Assembly (NCBI GenBank): GCA_900768535.1
Contig: CAAGDE010000001.1
Span: 1,498 to 65,497, forward strand
DNA from: Clostridia bacterium
GTDB lineage: Bacteria > Bacillota > Clostridia > Oscillospirales > CAG-272
Reading direction: 5' to 3'
DNA length: 64,000 nt
The position numbers and the translations under genes are program-made. This document shows positions 52,647 through 61,738 of this stretch, piece after piece (the first letter of the stretch is position 1; each line of letters opens with the position of its first letter). The notes beneath the pieces are model-generated. The model ran no database searches and was not told the DNA's origin. It was given only the letters and a program-made list of their open reading frames with translations.

Positions 52647-53747
52647 TCACCGCGTGCCGGAACCGGTTTTTGGAATGCTTACCGGTTCTGCGGCACCGGT
52701 TGACAGGGAGCGGATTCCGGCGTCCAGTTCCGCCATGACGGTCAGGTTGAAATCCCGCAGCATCAGCTCCGAGACGGGATGCCCGTGCACCAGGTGCCGA
52801 TACAGATCATCGGCGATGTCCGGAAAATCGTCCGCATCGACGGTATAAACCGCATCGGGAGGGGTGAATTTGTGATCGAAGCGCCGATACAGCTTCACCT
52901 CCGGGGAAAAACGGTCGGCAACCAGCACACCGTCCGAGCCGTAAACCACGGGACCCGTCGGGATTTCGCCGCTGTTGACGGTTGACCACGATCCCTCCAC
53001 CCAGCCGACGCAGTCACCGAAATCCATCAGAAACGCGGAGTAGTCCTCGGCGTCGGAATAGGGCATCATAAAGTTTTTCGATATGCCGAATTCGCGCAGA
53101 GCCGGCTTTCCGAGCAGATAGGTGAGCAGGGCGTGCCCGTAACCGGCATAATCCATGATCGATCCGCCGCCCAGCTCCCGGTGAAACCACCACATTTTTC
53201 TTCGCTTCTCCGGTGTATATCTGCCGCTGTGGGGGCCCAGCGTGGCGGGACTGCGGTACTGAATCCGCAGAACCCGTCCGACCGCTCCCTCCCGGATCAG
53301 CTCCCGTACCCGTTCGAAAGCACGGCACCAGATAATCGGCCATTTCACAAACAGGGGAACCCCGTATCCTTCGGAGGAACGGTACATCCGCATGGCGTCC
53401 TCCAGTGAAACCGCCATCGGCTTTTCGACTACGGAAACGATTCCCCGCGCACAGCATTCCTCCGCCATATCCGGATAGCGGCTGATGGTGGAGCAGACGG
53501 CAACCACATCCGGGCGCAGGTCAAGCAGATCCCGGTAATTTGCGTACAGCGTACCGAAATCCCCGCCCAGATTCCGGAGTCGGCGCACCTCGCTGTCCTC
53601 CGGATAGCTCCCGTCCTTTGCCGGAACATCGGCACAGCCGAGGATGTCGTACTGCTCCGGATGACGTAGGAAGCTGTCACGGAACTGTCTTGCATGAATA
53701 TGATCGAATCCGATGATTCCGACCGTCAGCTTTTTCACGGCACGCAC
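52647..53747 (-). CDS. Gfo/Idh/MocA-family oxidoreductase
   Basis: N-terminal Rossmann motif LTVGIIGFDHIHARQF. Length and layout are typical of the family. Confidence 0.85.
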   Translation of the reverse strand: MRAVKKLTVGIIGFDHIHARQFRDSFLRHPEQYDILGCADVPAKDGSYPEDSEVRRLRNLGGDFGTLYANYRDLLDLRPDVVAVCSTISRYPDMAEECCARGIVSVVEKPMAVSLEDAMRMYRSSEGYGVPLFVKWPIIWCRAFERVRELIREGAVGRVLRIQYRSPATLGPHSGRYTPEKRRKMWWFHRELGGGSIMDYAGYGHALLTYLLGKPALREFGISKNFMMPYSDAEDYSAFLMDFGDCVGWVEGSWSTVNSGEIPTGPVVYGSDGVLVADRFSPEVKLYRRFDHKFTPPDAVYTVDADDFPDIADDLYRHLVHGHPVSELMLRDFNLTVMAELDAGIRSLSTGAAEPVSIPKTGSGTR

Positions 53748-53750
53748 CTC

Positions 53751-54974
53751 TCAATCCTTATAATCAAGATCCGTCCACACGCCGGCGTGGTCGGTTCCGG
53801 CAAGCATAGCCTCATCCGCGATGATGCCGTGACATTTCGCCTGCAGTCCGCCGCGCAGGAACACAAAATCAATTACGCTTTTTCTGTATCGCGGGATTTC
53901 CCGGATGACGTCATAGGTCGGAAGCATGATACCAAGCTCGCTGTCGGGTTCGTCCGGCAGATCGTGGCAGGTTCCGATCTCCATGCGCAGAGGAGACTCC
54001 GTAAAGGAATCGCGGAAGCCGTTTTGCAGCAGCAGTCTGTACGGGTCGGAATCCGCCGTACAGTTGATATCTCCGCCACCGACAAAGGGACAGCCGTATT
54101 TCCGCTCGGCGTCTCCGATCAGTTCGGCGGTTTCTTTGACGTTCTGCAGACGCGTCCGATTGCCGAGCTCGTCCCCGGTATAATAGAAATGATGCGAATA
54201 AACACCGATTTTCCGGTTGCATTTCCGATCGGACAGCACTGCCCAGGAGAGCGATTTGGAGGCAAAATTGTTTGCGCCGCTGAAGACGTGATAGCCGCTG
54301 TCGATCAGTCGGAAGCGGGAGGCACGGTAGAATACGGGATTGAAATTGTCGCTCCGGGCTTCGCTGTCCCGCACCTCGCGCCAGCCGCTCCGGAGCAGCT
54401 CGCTTGTTACGGTATCCTCCACTCTCCGGGCGCGCGGACTGGACTCCTGAAAGAGGAGAAGATCGGGGTCGTATGTACGGTATACGGCGTGAAGCAGGCG
54501 CATCCGCTCCCCGCTGTTTTTTCCGGCGCCGAAGATATTGTTGGAGAGGACCCGCAGATCCCCGTGCCGGGTCAGGCACCGCCCGCGTTCCCCCGGCAGT
54601 TCCTCCGCAGAGCCGCAGAACAGGTCACCGTTGACCAGCACCTGCCGCTCCCTGCCAAAACACGAGTCCGTGACGAAATTCCATGCGAGTTCATAGCCGA
54701 AAATCGATTCGAAGGCGATTTTCAGCCGGTATTTTGTTGCGTTTACAACATACTCATGCGGTTGAAGAAGAATATCCGTCCGGCAGGTCTGACCGATGAG
54801 AATTTCCTGCCGGGCGGCAGGGGCTGTGTCGTCCTGCAGGGGGAGCGCGATGCCGTATTCCTCCTTGATGCGGCGGAACAGGCGCTTTGCAAACCGTTCG
54901 GCAAGCACTGCCCGGCTCTGCCAGACAATGGTGAACTCCCGCAGCGGGATATCGCCCAAAAACCATTCCTTCAT
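53751..54974 (-). CDS. Intracellular protein with an N-terminal alpha/beta module and an EEP domain
   Basis: No signal peptide. LRVLSNNIFG, LLLFQES, GGGDINC and GTDHAGVW. Close paralog of the C-terminal half of 61739..63541. Confidence 0.8.
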   Translation of the reverse strand: MKEWFLGDIPLREFTIVWQSRAVLAERFAKRLFRRIKEEYGIALPLQDDTAPAARQEILIGQTCRTDILLQPHEYVVNATKYRLKIAFESIFGYELAWNFVTDSCFGRERQVLVNGDLFCGSAEELPGERGRCLTRHGDLRVLSNNIFGAGKNSGERMRLLHAVYRTYDPDLLLFQESSPRARRVEDTVTSELLRSGWREVRDSEARSDNFNPVFYRASRFRLIDSGYHVFSGANNFASKSLSWAVLSDRKCNRKIGVYSHHFYYTGDELGNRTRLQNVKETAELIGDAERKYGCPFVGGGDINCTADSDPYRLLLQNGFRDSFTESPLRMEIGTCHDLPDEPDSELGIMLPTYDVIREIPRYRKSVIDFVFLRGGLQAKCHGIIADEAMLAGTDHAGVWTDLDYKD

Positions 54975-54996
54975 GTCTGTCCGACTCCTTTTTGAT

Positions 54997-56973
54997 TTAT
55001 TCTGCCTGAATCAGATAATAAACGGCACGGTAATGCGCACCTGTACGGAAGGTAAGCCGACCGTCTGCCCAGTGTGTGTCGAGCATACCGACCTCCAGCC
55101 CCTCTGCGTTGATGGCGTGAACGCAGAGATCCTGCCGCTCTGTCTGAATTGTGATCTCAGCGCAGATCACCTCGGCGACAATCGGCTCGTGACCGAAGGA
55201 GACGGTTTTGTCGCCCTCCGCCGCAAAGCCGGTATTCCGGACTCTGCCGACGGCGGTGAGCAGCATATTGTCGCTTTCCCCGATCTCCGAATCGGAAAGG
55301 GAGCTGACGGCAACCACGGCAAAATCGTTCTCTACCTGCACCGAGACGGTACCCATTTCCAGAACGCCCTTTCCGCCAAGCCGCCCGTAGGCGCACTTGG
55401 TACGGGGGGAGTTGATGGTGCCGTAGCTTTTTTTCGGATTCCGGTAAAGCTCACCGGTGTCGGACACAATTCCGTCCGCTCCGGGGTGGAGGTATTCCTC
55501 CGCCTCGTCAACGATCCGGTCGGCATCGGGGGCGATTCCGTCGAAGCAGGATGCAACCTGATTGCATTCCACGCCGAGCTGCATGGCGCCGTGAACGGTT
55601 TTATCCAATGCCGTGATGTTGCAGGCGATCTTTGCCTTTGCCGGAGCGATATCTCCTCGGCGGACAATGAGTGCGGCGTGGTAAAACAGACCGAATTTGG
55701 CGGGATCGTTCCATGTGCTGAAGATGCCCTCCCGATAGGGAATCTTCCCGATGGAATCCGAGGAAAATTCCTTACCGAGCAGCTTCATATTGTCAAGCCC
55801 GGTGCTGTAGGCATAGGTATGGATCGCCATTCCGCACCAATCCTGAAGATTGTTGATTGCGGCATAGAAAATCGGGCTCTCCGCACGGTAGGGGTTCGGC
55901 CACGGCATATCCCACTCCGAAAGAAAGAACGGTTTGTCAAAGGAACGCATTTTTGCCGGCTTTGCAAAACCGGTGACAGGGCTTTCGGATATGGAGCGCG
56001 CGGTGCAGAATTTTTCATCCTCTCCCCAGCGCCAGTCGTAGACGTAATAATGACTGTCGGTAAAGTCCATATCGCACAGATTGTCCTTCAGAATGGCGCT
56101 CTCCCGCGTCCAGTTGGTACCCGTAATCGGAATTCTGACTCCGAGGGAGCGGAGATGCTTGTGCATTTCCCGGTAATAGGCTTGCGAAAGCTGCATTTTG
56201 TATTCCGTCACAAGCGGGGAGTTTTGATTGATATCGCAGGCTGCGGCATCCCCGTCTGCCCCTTTTTCCTTCAGCCATGCCGCAAAGCCTTCCCGGAACC
56301 GGGTGACATACGGCTCCGCCCGCAACGCGCAGTTGACCCCGGAATAGAGATCCGTCTCGTTTACGATTTCGCAAAGCACGAACACGGGATCATCGCAGTA
56401 CGCAAGACGGGTGTACGGATTGAAATGCCGCCACAGCTGCGTGGCATATTCCTTTTGCAGATCAATCAGGTGCCGGTCGAAAATGCAGTAGGGCTTTGCG
56501 GCATCCTGCAGTGCAATCGCGTTGTCCACGCCGTCCAGTGTCTTGAATTTCCGATAGGTCAGAAGGTCAAGGTAGCAGTAAATTCCCTCCGCCTTCAGGC
56601 AACAGATCAGGTAGTCCAGCCGATCCATGCTTTCCGCATCCAATTCACGCGTACCGTGGCGCCGTCCCTTGGCAAACTGAAAAATATTCGGGGTGTTCCA
56701 TTCGGCATCCAGCTGATGGAACCGGACGATATTGCAGCCGCACATTGCCAGCCGCCTGGCAACCCGGCGGCTGTATTCATGCGAGGGGAAACAGGCGCCG
56801 CCGTTGAAATTGACGCCCCAGAATTTTCCGGGTGTACCGTCCTCAAACCGGAAATGCGAGCCGTCCGTCTGCAGAAAACCGTGCCGTCCGGCAGGCTTTT
56901 CCGATTCGAACAGGAAGGATATATCAATTGGCATTTTGTCCGGGTATGCCGGCATCGGAATTGTTTTTGTCAT
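54997..56973 (-). CDS. Clan GH-A (GH5-like) TIM-barrel glycoside hydrolase, intracellular
   Basis: GFLQTDGSHFRFEDGTPGKFWGVNF, NIVRFHQLD, candidate acid/base in CEIVNETD, candidate nucleophile in FLSEWDMPW. Family number not assigned. Confidence 0.65.
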   Translation of the reverse strand: MTKTIPMPAYPDKMPIDISFLFESEKPAGRHGFLQTDGSHFRFEDGTPGKFWGVNFNGGACFPSHEYSRRVARRLAMCGCNIVRFHQLDAEWNTPNIFQFAKGRRHGTRELDAESMDRLDYLICCLKAEGIYCYLDLLTYRKFKTLDGVDNAIALQDAAKPYCIFDRHLIDLQKEYATQLWRHFNPYTRLAYCDDPVFVLCEIVNETDLYSGVNCALRAEPYVTRFREGFAAWLKEKGADGDAAACDINQNSPLVTEYKMQLSQAYYREMHKHLRSLGVRIPITGTNWTRESAILKDNLCDMDFTDSHYYVYDWRWGEDEKFCTARSISESPVTGFAKPAKMRSFDKPFFLSEWDMPWPNPYRAESPIFYAAINNLQDWCGMAIHTYAYSTGLDNMKLLGKEFSSDSIGKIPYREGIFSTWNDPAKFGLFYHAALIVRRGDIAPAKAKIACNITALDKTVHGAMQLGVECNQVASCFDGIAPDADRIVDEAEEYLHPGADGIVSDTGELYRNPKKSYGTINSPRTKCAYGRLGGKGVLEMGTVSVQVENDFAVVAVSSLSDSEIGESDNMLLTAVGRVRNTGFAAEGDKTVSFGHEPIVAEVICAEITIQTERQDLCVHAINAEGLEVGMLDTHWADGRLTFRTGAHYRAVYYLIQAE

Positions 56974-57003
56974 GTTGACCTCCTTTAAATCAGACGGTTC
57001 CGG

Positions 57004-58101
57004 TCAGAAGGCGGTTTCGGTTTCCACCCATCCGCCGGTTCGGATTGCCTCCGGGATTCTGCACATGATGTCCAGGACGTGGCAGGCGTGCGCAGGGGAG
57101 AGGACGGGGTCGGTGTCGGATTCGATCGACCGGATCAGGTCGCGCAGACAGCAGCACTGGCTGTTCAGCTTTTCCGGAACGGTTGTCCATTTCATGGGAG
57201 TGATCCAGCCGCGGATGCCGCGCTCCGGAGCATCCAGATAGACCTCCGGAGGCAGATTGTCCATGTAGTTTTTGGATATGCATATGGTTCCGGCATCTCC
57301 GAAAATCTCCAGCTGCGGAGCACGGGATGCCTTCTGCGAAAAGCCCGTGTCCACGAATCCGACCCGCCCGTTTACGAACTCCAGCAGGATCAGGTATTGG
57401 TCGGGGATCCGGTCGGCAACGATCTCCTTCCCGTCAAAGGCACCGGATCGGACGGTTCTGCGCGGTGTGGTTACGGTACCGAGGCAGGAAAACCGGCGGA
57501 CGGGACCGAACACGGTTGTAACGATCTGCAAGCCGTGAACGCCCATATCCACCAGAGCGCCGGCACCGTCTTCATAGAACCAGGAGGGGTCTGCATCCCG
57601 GTACTGGAAGTATTCCGGTCCGCCGTGTGCCAGGTTGCACTTGATGTAGGTGGGATTGCCGATGGTTCCGTCACGGAGCATCTGCCCGGCAATATTCAGG
57701 TCATAGCGCATGGGATGGATCGGCACACAGGCGAATTTGACACCCGCTTTGGAGGCAAGCTCCGTCTGTTCCCGGAATTCGCGGACGGTGGGGGCGGCTG
57801 GCTTTTGGGAAATCAGGTGCTTCCCGGCACGCAGAATTGCCGTGTTGATTTCGTGATGTGCCTGAATGGATGCCGCGTCAATGGCAATGTCGAATTCGCA
57901 TTTTTCGATCAGCTCGTAAACATCGTGATAGGCGTTCGGCACCCCGAACCGTTCGGCGGCGGCTGTGGCACGCTCGTAAATGATGTCGGCAACCGCAACA
58001 CAAACGGCGTTTGCCTCCTTGGAAATATTCGGCAGATACTGCCCGCAGGCGAAGGAGCCGCAGCCGATTACCGCCACCCGCCAGATTTTCTTTTTACTCA
58101 T
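57004..58101 (-). CDS. Gfo/Idh/MocA-family oxidoreductase
   Basis: WRVAVIGCGSFACGQY Rossmann motif. Confidence 0.85.
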   Translation of the reverse strand: MSKKKIWRVAVIGCGSFACGQYLPNISKEANAVCVAVADIIYERATAAAERFGVPNAYHDVYELIEKCEFDIAIDAASIQAHHEINTAILRAGKHLISQKPAAPTVREFREQTELASKAGVKFACVPIHPMRYDLNIAGQMLRDGTIGNPTYIKCNLAHGGPEYFQYRDADPSWFYEDGAGALVDMGVHGLQIVTTVFGPVRRFSCLGTVTTPRRTVRSGAFDGKEIVADRIPDQYLILLEFVNGRVGFVDTGFSQKASRAPQLEIFGDAGTICISKNYMDNLPPEVYLDAPERGIRGWITPMKWTTVPEKLNSQCCCLRDLIRSIESDTDPVLSPAHACHVLDIMCRIPEAIRTGGWVETETAF

Positions 58102-59237
58102 ATCGGATTCCTTTCTTCTCTGAAAACGGTCAGAACCGGTTCCGCACGGCGGCTTTCCGCGGATTTTTTCACCGCATCCAGCATGGCTAGAACGTCAGCG
58201 TTGAATTCCGCCGTCAGCGTTTCGTGCACGGGTTTGTTATCGAGGCGGAATGCCGCATAGCACCATGGCATATTCCGCAGTGTCCGATCCGCCTCGGTTT
58301 CGGCGGCAAACGCACTGATATCCACTTCGTTTCCGCAGAGATCCATTGCGCGGACACAGGAAGCGCCGTCCGGTATGCCGTCACAGAAGACGACTCCGTC
58401 GGAAAAAACAGCCTCCGGTCCTGTCGGTATCCGCTTTCTCGGTGTTGTCCAGGTGCCCTCCAGTGTGGCGTAGGCGTTCTTATAGCGCAGGATGGCGGCA
58501 ACGTTATCCTCGACATCCCCGCAGGGCGTGTTGAGGTTGGCACAGAGTGACATCACATCCTGCGGCAGACCGCCGAGCATCCACCGGGCAAAATAACAGC
58601 CGTAGCAAAGAATGTCGAGGCAGGCACCGCCGCCGGCGTCCTTGCGATACCACCAGCTTCTGCTGCGCTCCGCATCGGTCATGTCCTCTGCGGTATCGGC
58701 AACGCCGCGATGCCGTGCCCCGATGCCGAGCGGACCTGTGTGACCGTTGAGGTAGCGAAGCCTGAGTAGCCTGCCGAAGCGACCGCTGTCCGCCACGTTC
58801 TTCATCGTGCGGATGTATTTTCTCCAGACAACCGGCCAGTTTACGAAGATGTTGACGTGATATTCCGCACCGAGTGCAACCAGCTCGGTTGCCTCCTTGG
58901 CATTCATAGCCATCGGCTTTTCCAGGATGATGTCGATCCCGCGCCGGGCAATTTCTCCCGCCGCCTCCAGCTTGCGGCTGTTTTCGCACAGCACATAGGC
59001 AACATCCGGACGGACGGTGTCCAGCATGGTGCGGTAGTCGGAAAACGGGCGCTCACTGCAGAGCCTTGCTACATTCTGCAGATTCCATGCACGGGTGTAG
59101 CGCTTGTCGGTCTGCTCCGGAATATCCGGATGAAGATCGGCAACCCCGCAGAGCTGCGTTTGCGGCTGATCCTTGATATATTGCGCAATCTCATTGACGT
59201 GCATATGCGCACAGCCGACAATCACCGCCCGGATCAT
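58098..59237 (-). CDS. Gfo/Idh/MocA-family oxidoreductase
   Basis: MIRAVIVGCAHMHVNE start. 4-nt overlaps with both neighbouring genes. Confidence 0.85.
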   Translation of the reverse strand: MIRAVIVGCAHMHVNEIAQYIKDQPQTQLCGVADLHPDIPEQTDKRYTRAWNLQNVARLCSERPFSDYRTMLDTVRPDVAYVLCENSRKLEAAGEIARRGIDIILEKPMAMNAKEATELVALGAEYHVNIFVNWPVVWRKYIRTMKNVADSGRFGRLLRLRYLNGHTGPLGIGARHRGVADTAEDMTDAERSRSWWYRKDAGGGACLDILCYGCYFARWMLGGLPQDVMSLCANLNTPCGDVEDNVAAILRYKNAYATLEGTWTTPRKRIPTGPEAVFSDGVVFCDGIPDGASCVRAMDLCGNEVDISAFAAETEADRTLRNMPWCYAAFRLDNKPVHETLTAEFNADVLAMLDAVKKSAESRRAEPVLTVFREERNPI

Positions 59238-60352
59238 CCGATTTCCTCCGCCCGGACCTCACGTCCGATATCCGCAGACCGGTAGTACGCCTCGATGATT
59301 TTTGCAACCTCCAGGTTCTGACTTTCCCGAATGAGATACGCTTCATTGCCTGCCAGTGTTTCCAGAATGTTGTTGTACATATACCGGTGCTGTTCAAAGG
59401 GGACACCGCGGAATTCCCCGTTATCAAACCATTTGAGCTTGGTTTCCGCCTGGTATTTCCCGACATTTTTATAGAGCATTTCGTTGTTGACCGACAGCCC
59501 GCCGCGATCGCCGCAGATAACCATGTCCAGATTGGTTGTCGGCAGGTTGACAGCCCACGAAAATTTGAAATTCACGGACATCCCGTTGTCCAGCCGCATA
59601 AAGCCGGTTGCGAATTCCTCTACATTGAACTCATGATAGTCGTAGGGGCGCGGCGTAAACGTCCCGGCATACGCGCCGCTTTCGGCAAGGCTCAGCAGGA
59701 CCTCATCCCCGCGGTTCCCGATCTTCCGGTAGGAAGCGCCGCTGACCGATACCAGCTTCGGGTCTCCGCAGATCCACAGCAGGGCATCGATCAGATGAAC
59801 ACCGAGATCGCAAAAAGGACCGCCGAAATTGTGCTCCTTCATGTGGAACATTCCCCAGGTCGGAATTCCGTACCGCCGGATAAACGCAATGTCCGAAAAA
59901 TAAGGCGTCCCCAGCTCGCCGCTGTCCACCAGGTATTTGGATTGCTGCATATAATTTCTCCAGCGCATACATTGGCAGGGAAACAGCATCCTTCCGCACG
60001 CCCTGGCGGTATCCCACATTTCCTTTGCATCGGCATAGGTGAGGGAGATCGGCTTCTCACAGGCAACGTGTGCGCCTGCCTGCAGTGCGGCAATCGTCCA
60101 TTGCCTGTGATACATATTCGGGGTACAGACCGCAACAAAATCCGGCTTGACTTCATCCAGCATCCTCTGCGGATCGGTGTACCATTTTTCAACGCCGTGC
60201 CGTCGGGCGGTTTCCATGGCGGCGTCACCTCTGATGTCTGCGACTGCCACGACATCCAGAATTCCCTTTGCGCGCAGAACGTTCAGGGCAGGAAAATGTG
60301 CCTGATTTGCGATCATTCCCGTTCCGATTACAGCAACTTTCAGCTTTTTCAT
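59234..60352 (-). CDS. Gfo/Idh/MocA-family oxidoreductase
   Basis: Start MKKLKVAVIGTGMIANQAH after AAGGAGA. The track's 60427 start is an upstream extension. Confidence 0.85.
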   Translation of the reverse strand: MKKLKVAVIGTGMIANQAHFPALNVLRAKGILDVVAVADIRGDAAMETARRHGVEKWYTDPQRMLDEVKPDFVAVCTPNMYHRQWTIAALQAGAHVACEKPISLTYADAKEMWDTARACGRMLFPCQCMRWRNYMQQSKYLVDSGELGTPYFSDIAFIRRYGIPTWGMFHMKEHNFGGPFCDLGVHLIDALLWICGDPKLVSVSGASYRKIGNRGDEVLLSLAESGAYAGTFTPRPYDYHEFNVEEFATGFMRLDNGMSVNFKFSWAVNLPTTNLDMVICGDRGGLSVNNEMLYKNVGKYQAETKLKWFDNGEFRGVPFEQHRYMYNNILETLAGNEAYLIRESQNLEVAKIIEAYYRSADIGREVRAEEIG

Positions 60353-60498
60353 CTGTGAAATCTCCTTTGCAACGGCAGGGGGGATTGATTGACCCCAAAG
60401 CGAATCCGACGCCTGCTTTGCTTTCATTGTAACCGAAAAACGGGATTTTTGAAAGACCGGATATTAACCTCTTGATGTAAAAAATTAAATTGTTGCAA

Positions 60499-60524
60499 GA
60501 AAAAGCCGTTGCGGCGGCAACGGC
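60499..60524 (-). terminator. Rho-independent terminator of the AraC gene at 60538..61455
   Basis: GCCGTTGC-ggcg-GCAACGGC, followed on the minus strand by TTTTTC. Confidence 0.7.
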
Positions 60525-60537
60525 TGTGGATTCAGGC

Positions 60538-61455
60538 TCAGGTTTCGTTCGGTTCTTCTGCAGGGACTCTTTTCCGGAACAGAGCGTTCTTATATTCGGA
60601 GGGGGTACATCCGGCAACGCTCTGAAAGACCTTGCTGAAATAATGCTGCCGTTCAAAGCCGACAATCCGGGCGACCTCCTTGACGGAAATATCTCCGCGC
60701 CGCATGATCTCCTTGGCGTAAAGGATTTTAATCGTGTTGATGTACTTCTGCGGGGTGGTGTTCAGATATTTTTTGAACAGGCGGATGATGTATTGCGGCG
60801 TGAAATGAAAGGCTTCGCAAAGGGACTGCAGCGTCAGCTTTTCGCCGATGTTATTGAAGATATAATTGGTGAAATGCTCGATTTTTCTGTTCGGCTGGAC
60901 GGATGGCGGCAGGTGAAAGAGCGGGGTGGCTTGCTCGGTGATGATCTGCGTTGAAACGGTGCCGAAAATCAGCATCAGCAGGGCGTTGTTGGTGTAGGTA
61001 TATCCCGGCTGACTCAGCCAGTCATTTTGGTGAATCTGTGCCAGAAGCGAACGGATATAAGTGAATTCTTCACGCAAACGGTGACAGTCCTCCATGAAAA
61101 TAACCGAGTCGCGGTTGCTGCGCTTTACGCCGAACCGTTTTGCGGCAGAGGCGTTTTCCAGCATTTTCGGCGTGGCGGTGATGCAGCTTCCGCTCGGAAT
61201 TTTGATATGAAGATAGTGCAGATCAAGCGGAGTGTCCGGGGAAACAATGCGGTTGACCTTCTCCCCGGCGCGGGTGTACAGCATATCTCCCTTGGAAAGC
61301 CGGTATACATCGTTGTTCACATGAAAGACGGGATTCCCCTCCAATACAAAGATGAGCACATCCTCGGTATAGATCTGCTCCCAGTTTACCGGATTGGAGA
61401 CACGGTAGGTGGAATAGATTTCCGGAAAAAACGGATAGGTAAATGCGTACAGCAA
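60538..61455 (-). CDS. AraC-family regulator
   Basis: Cupin-like N-terminus. C-terminal LTLQSLCEAFHFTPQYIIRLFKKYLNTTPQKYI...VGFERQHYFSKVFQSVAGCTPSEYK. Confidence 0.85.
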   Translation of the reverse strand: MLYAFTYPFFPEIYSTYRVSNPVNWEQIYTEDVLIFVLEGNPVFHVNNDVYRLSKGDMLYTRAGEKVNRIVSPDTPLDLHYLHIKIPSGSCITATPKMLENASAAKRFGVKRSNRDSVIFMEDCHRLREEFTYIRSLLAQIHQNDWLSQPGYTYTNNALLMLIFGTVSTQIITEQATPLFHLPPSVQPNRKIEHFTNYIFNNIGEKLTLQSLCEAFHFTPQYIIRLFKKYLNTTPQKYINTIKILYAKEIMRRGDISVKEVARIVGFERQHYFSKVFQSVAGCTPSEYKNALFRKRVPAEEPNET

Positions 61456-61677
61456 GACAGGAACCGTCCTTTTCTTATGTTTTTACGGTATGCTGTATTT
61501 CAGTATAGCATATGTTCCGGCAAAAGTCAATCGATGACAGCCGTTTTTGCCGGAAAAACTCCAAATTTGTGCATTATGCATAAACCGGTGAAACAGAAAT
61601 GTACAAAAGAAACAGAATGATCAAAATCAGCCTTGGAACGTGGTTAAAATCTTGCACTCTTTGTTTAGTATTCGTTC

Positions 61678-61706
61678 TTGGCAGAATCAAAAAAATATGG
61701 TATGAT
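61678..61706 (+). promoter_or_regulatory. Sigma-A-like promoter with extended -10
   Basis: TTGGCA at 61678..61683, 17-nt spacer ending TGG, TATGAT at 61701..61706. Confidence 0.5.
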
Positions 61707-61738
61707 GAAATCAGAAAAAGACACGGAGGAACAGAAAA

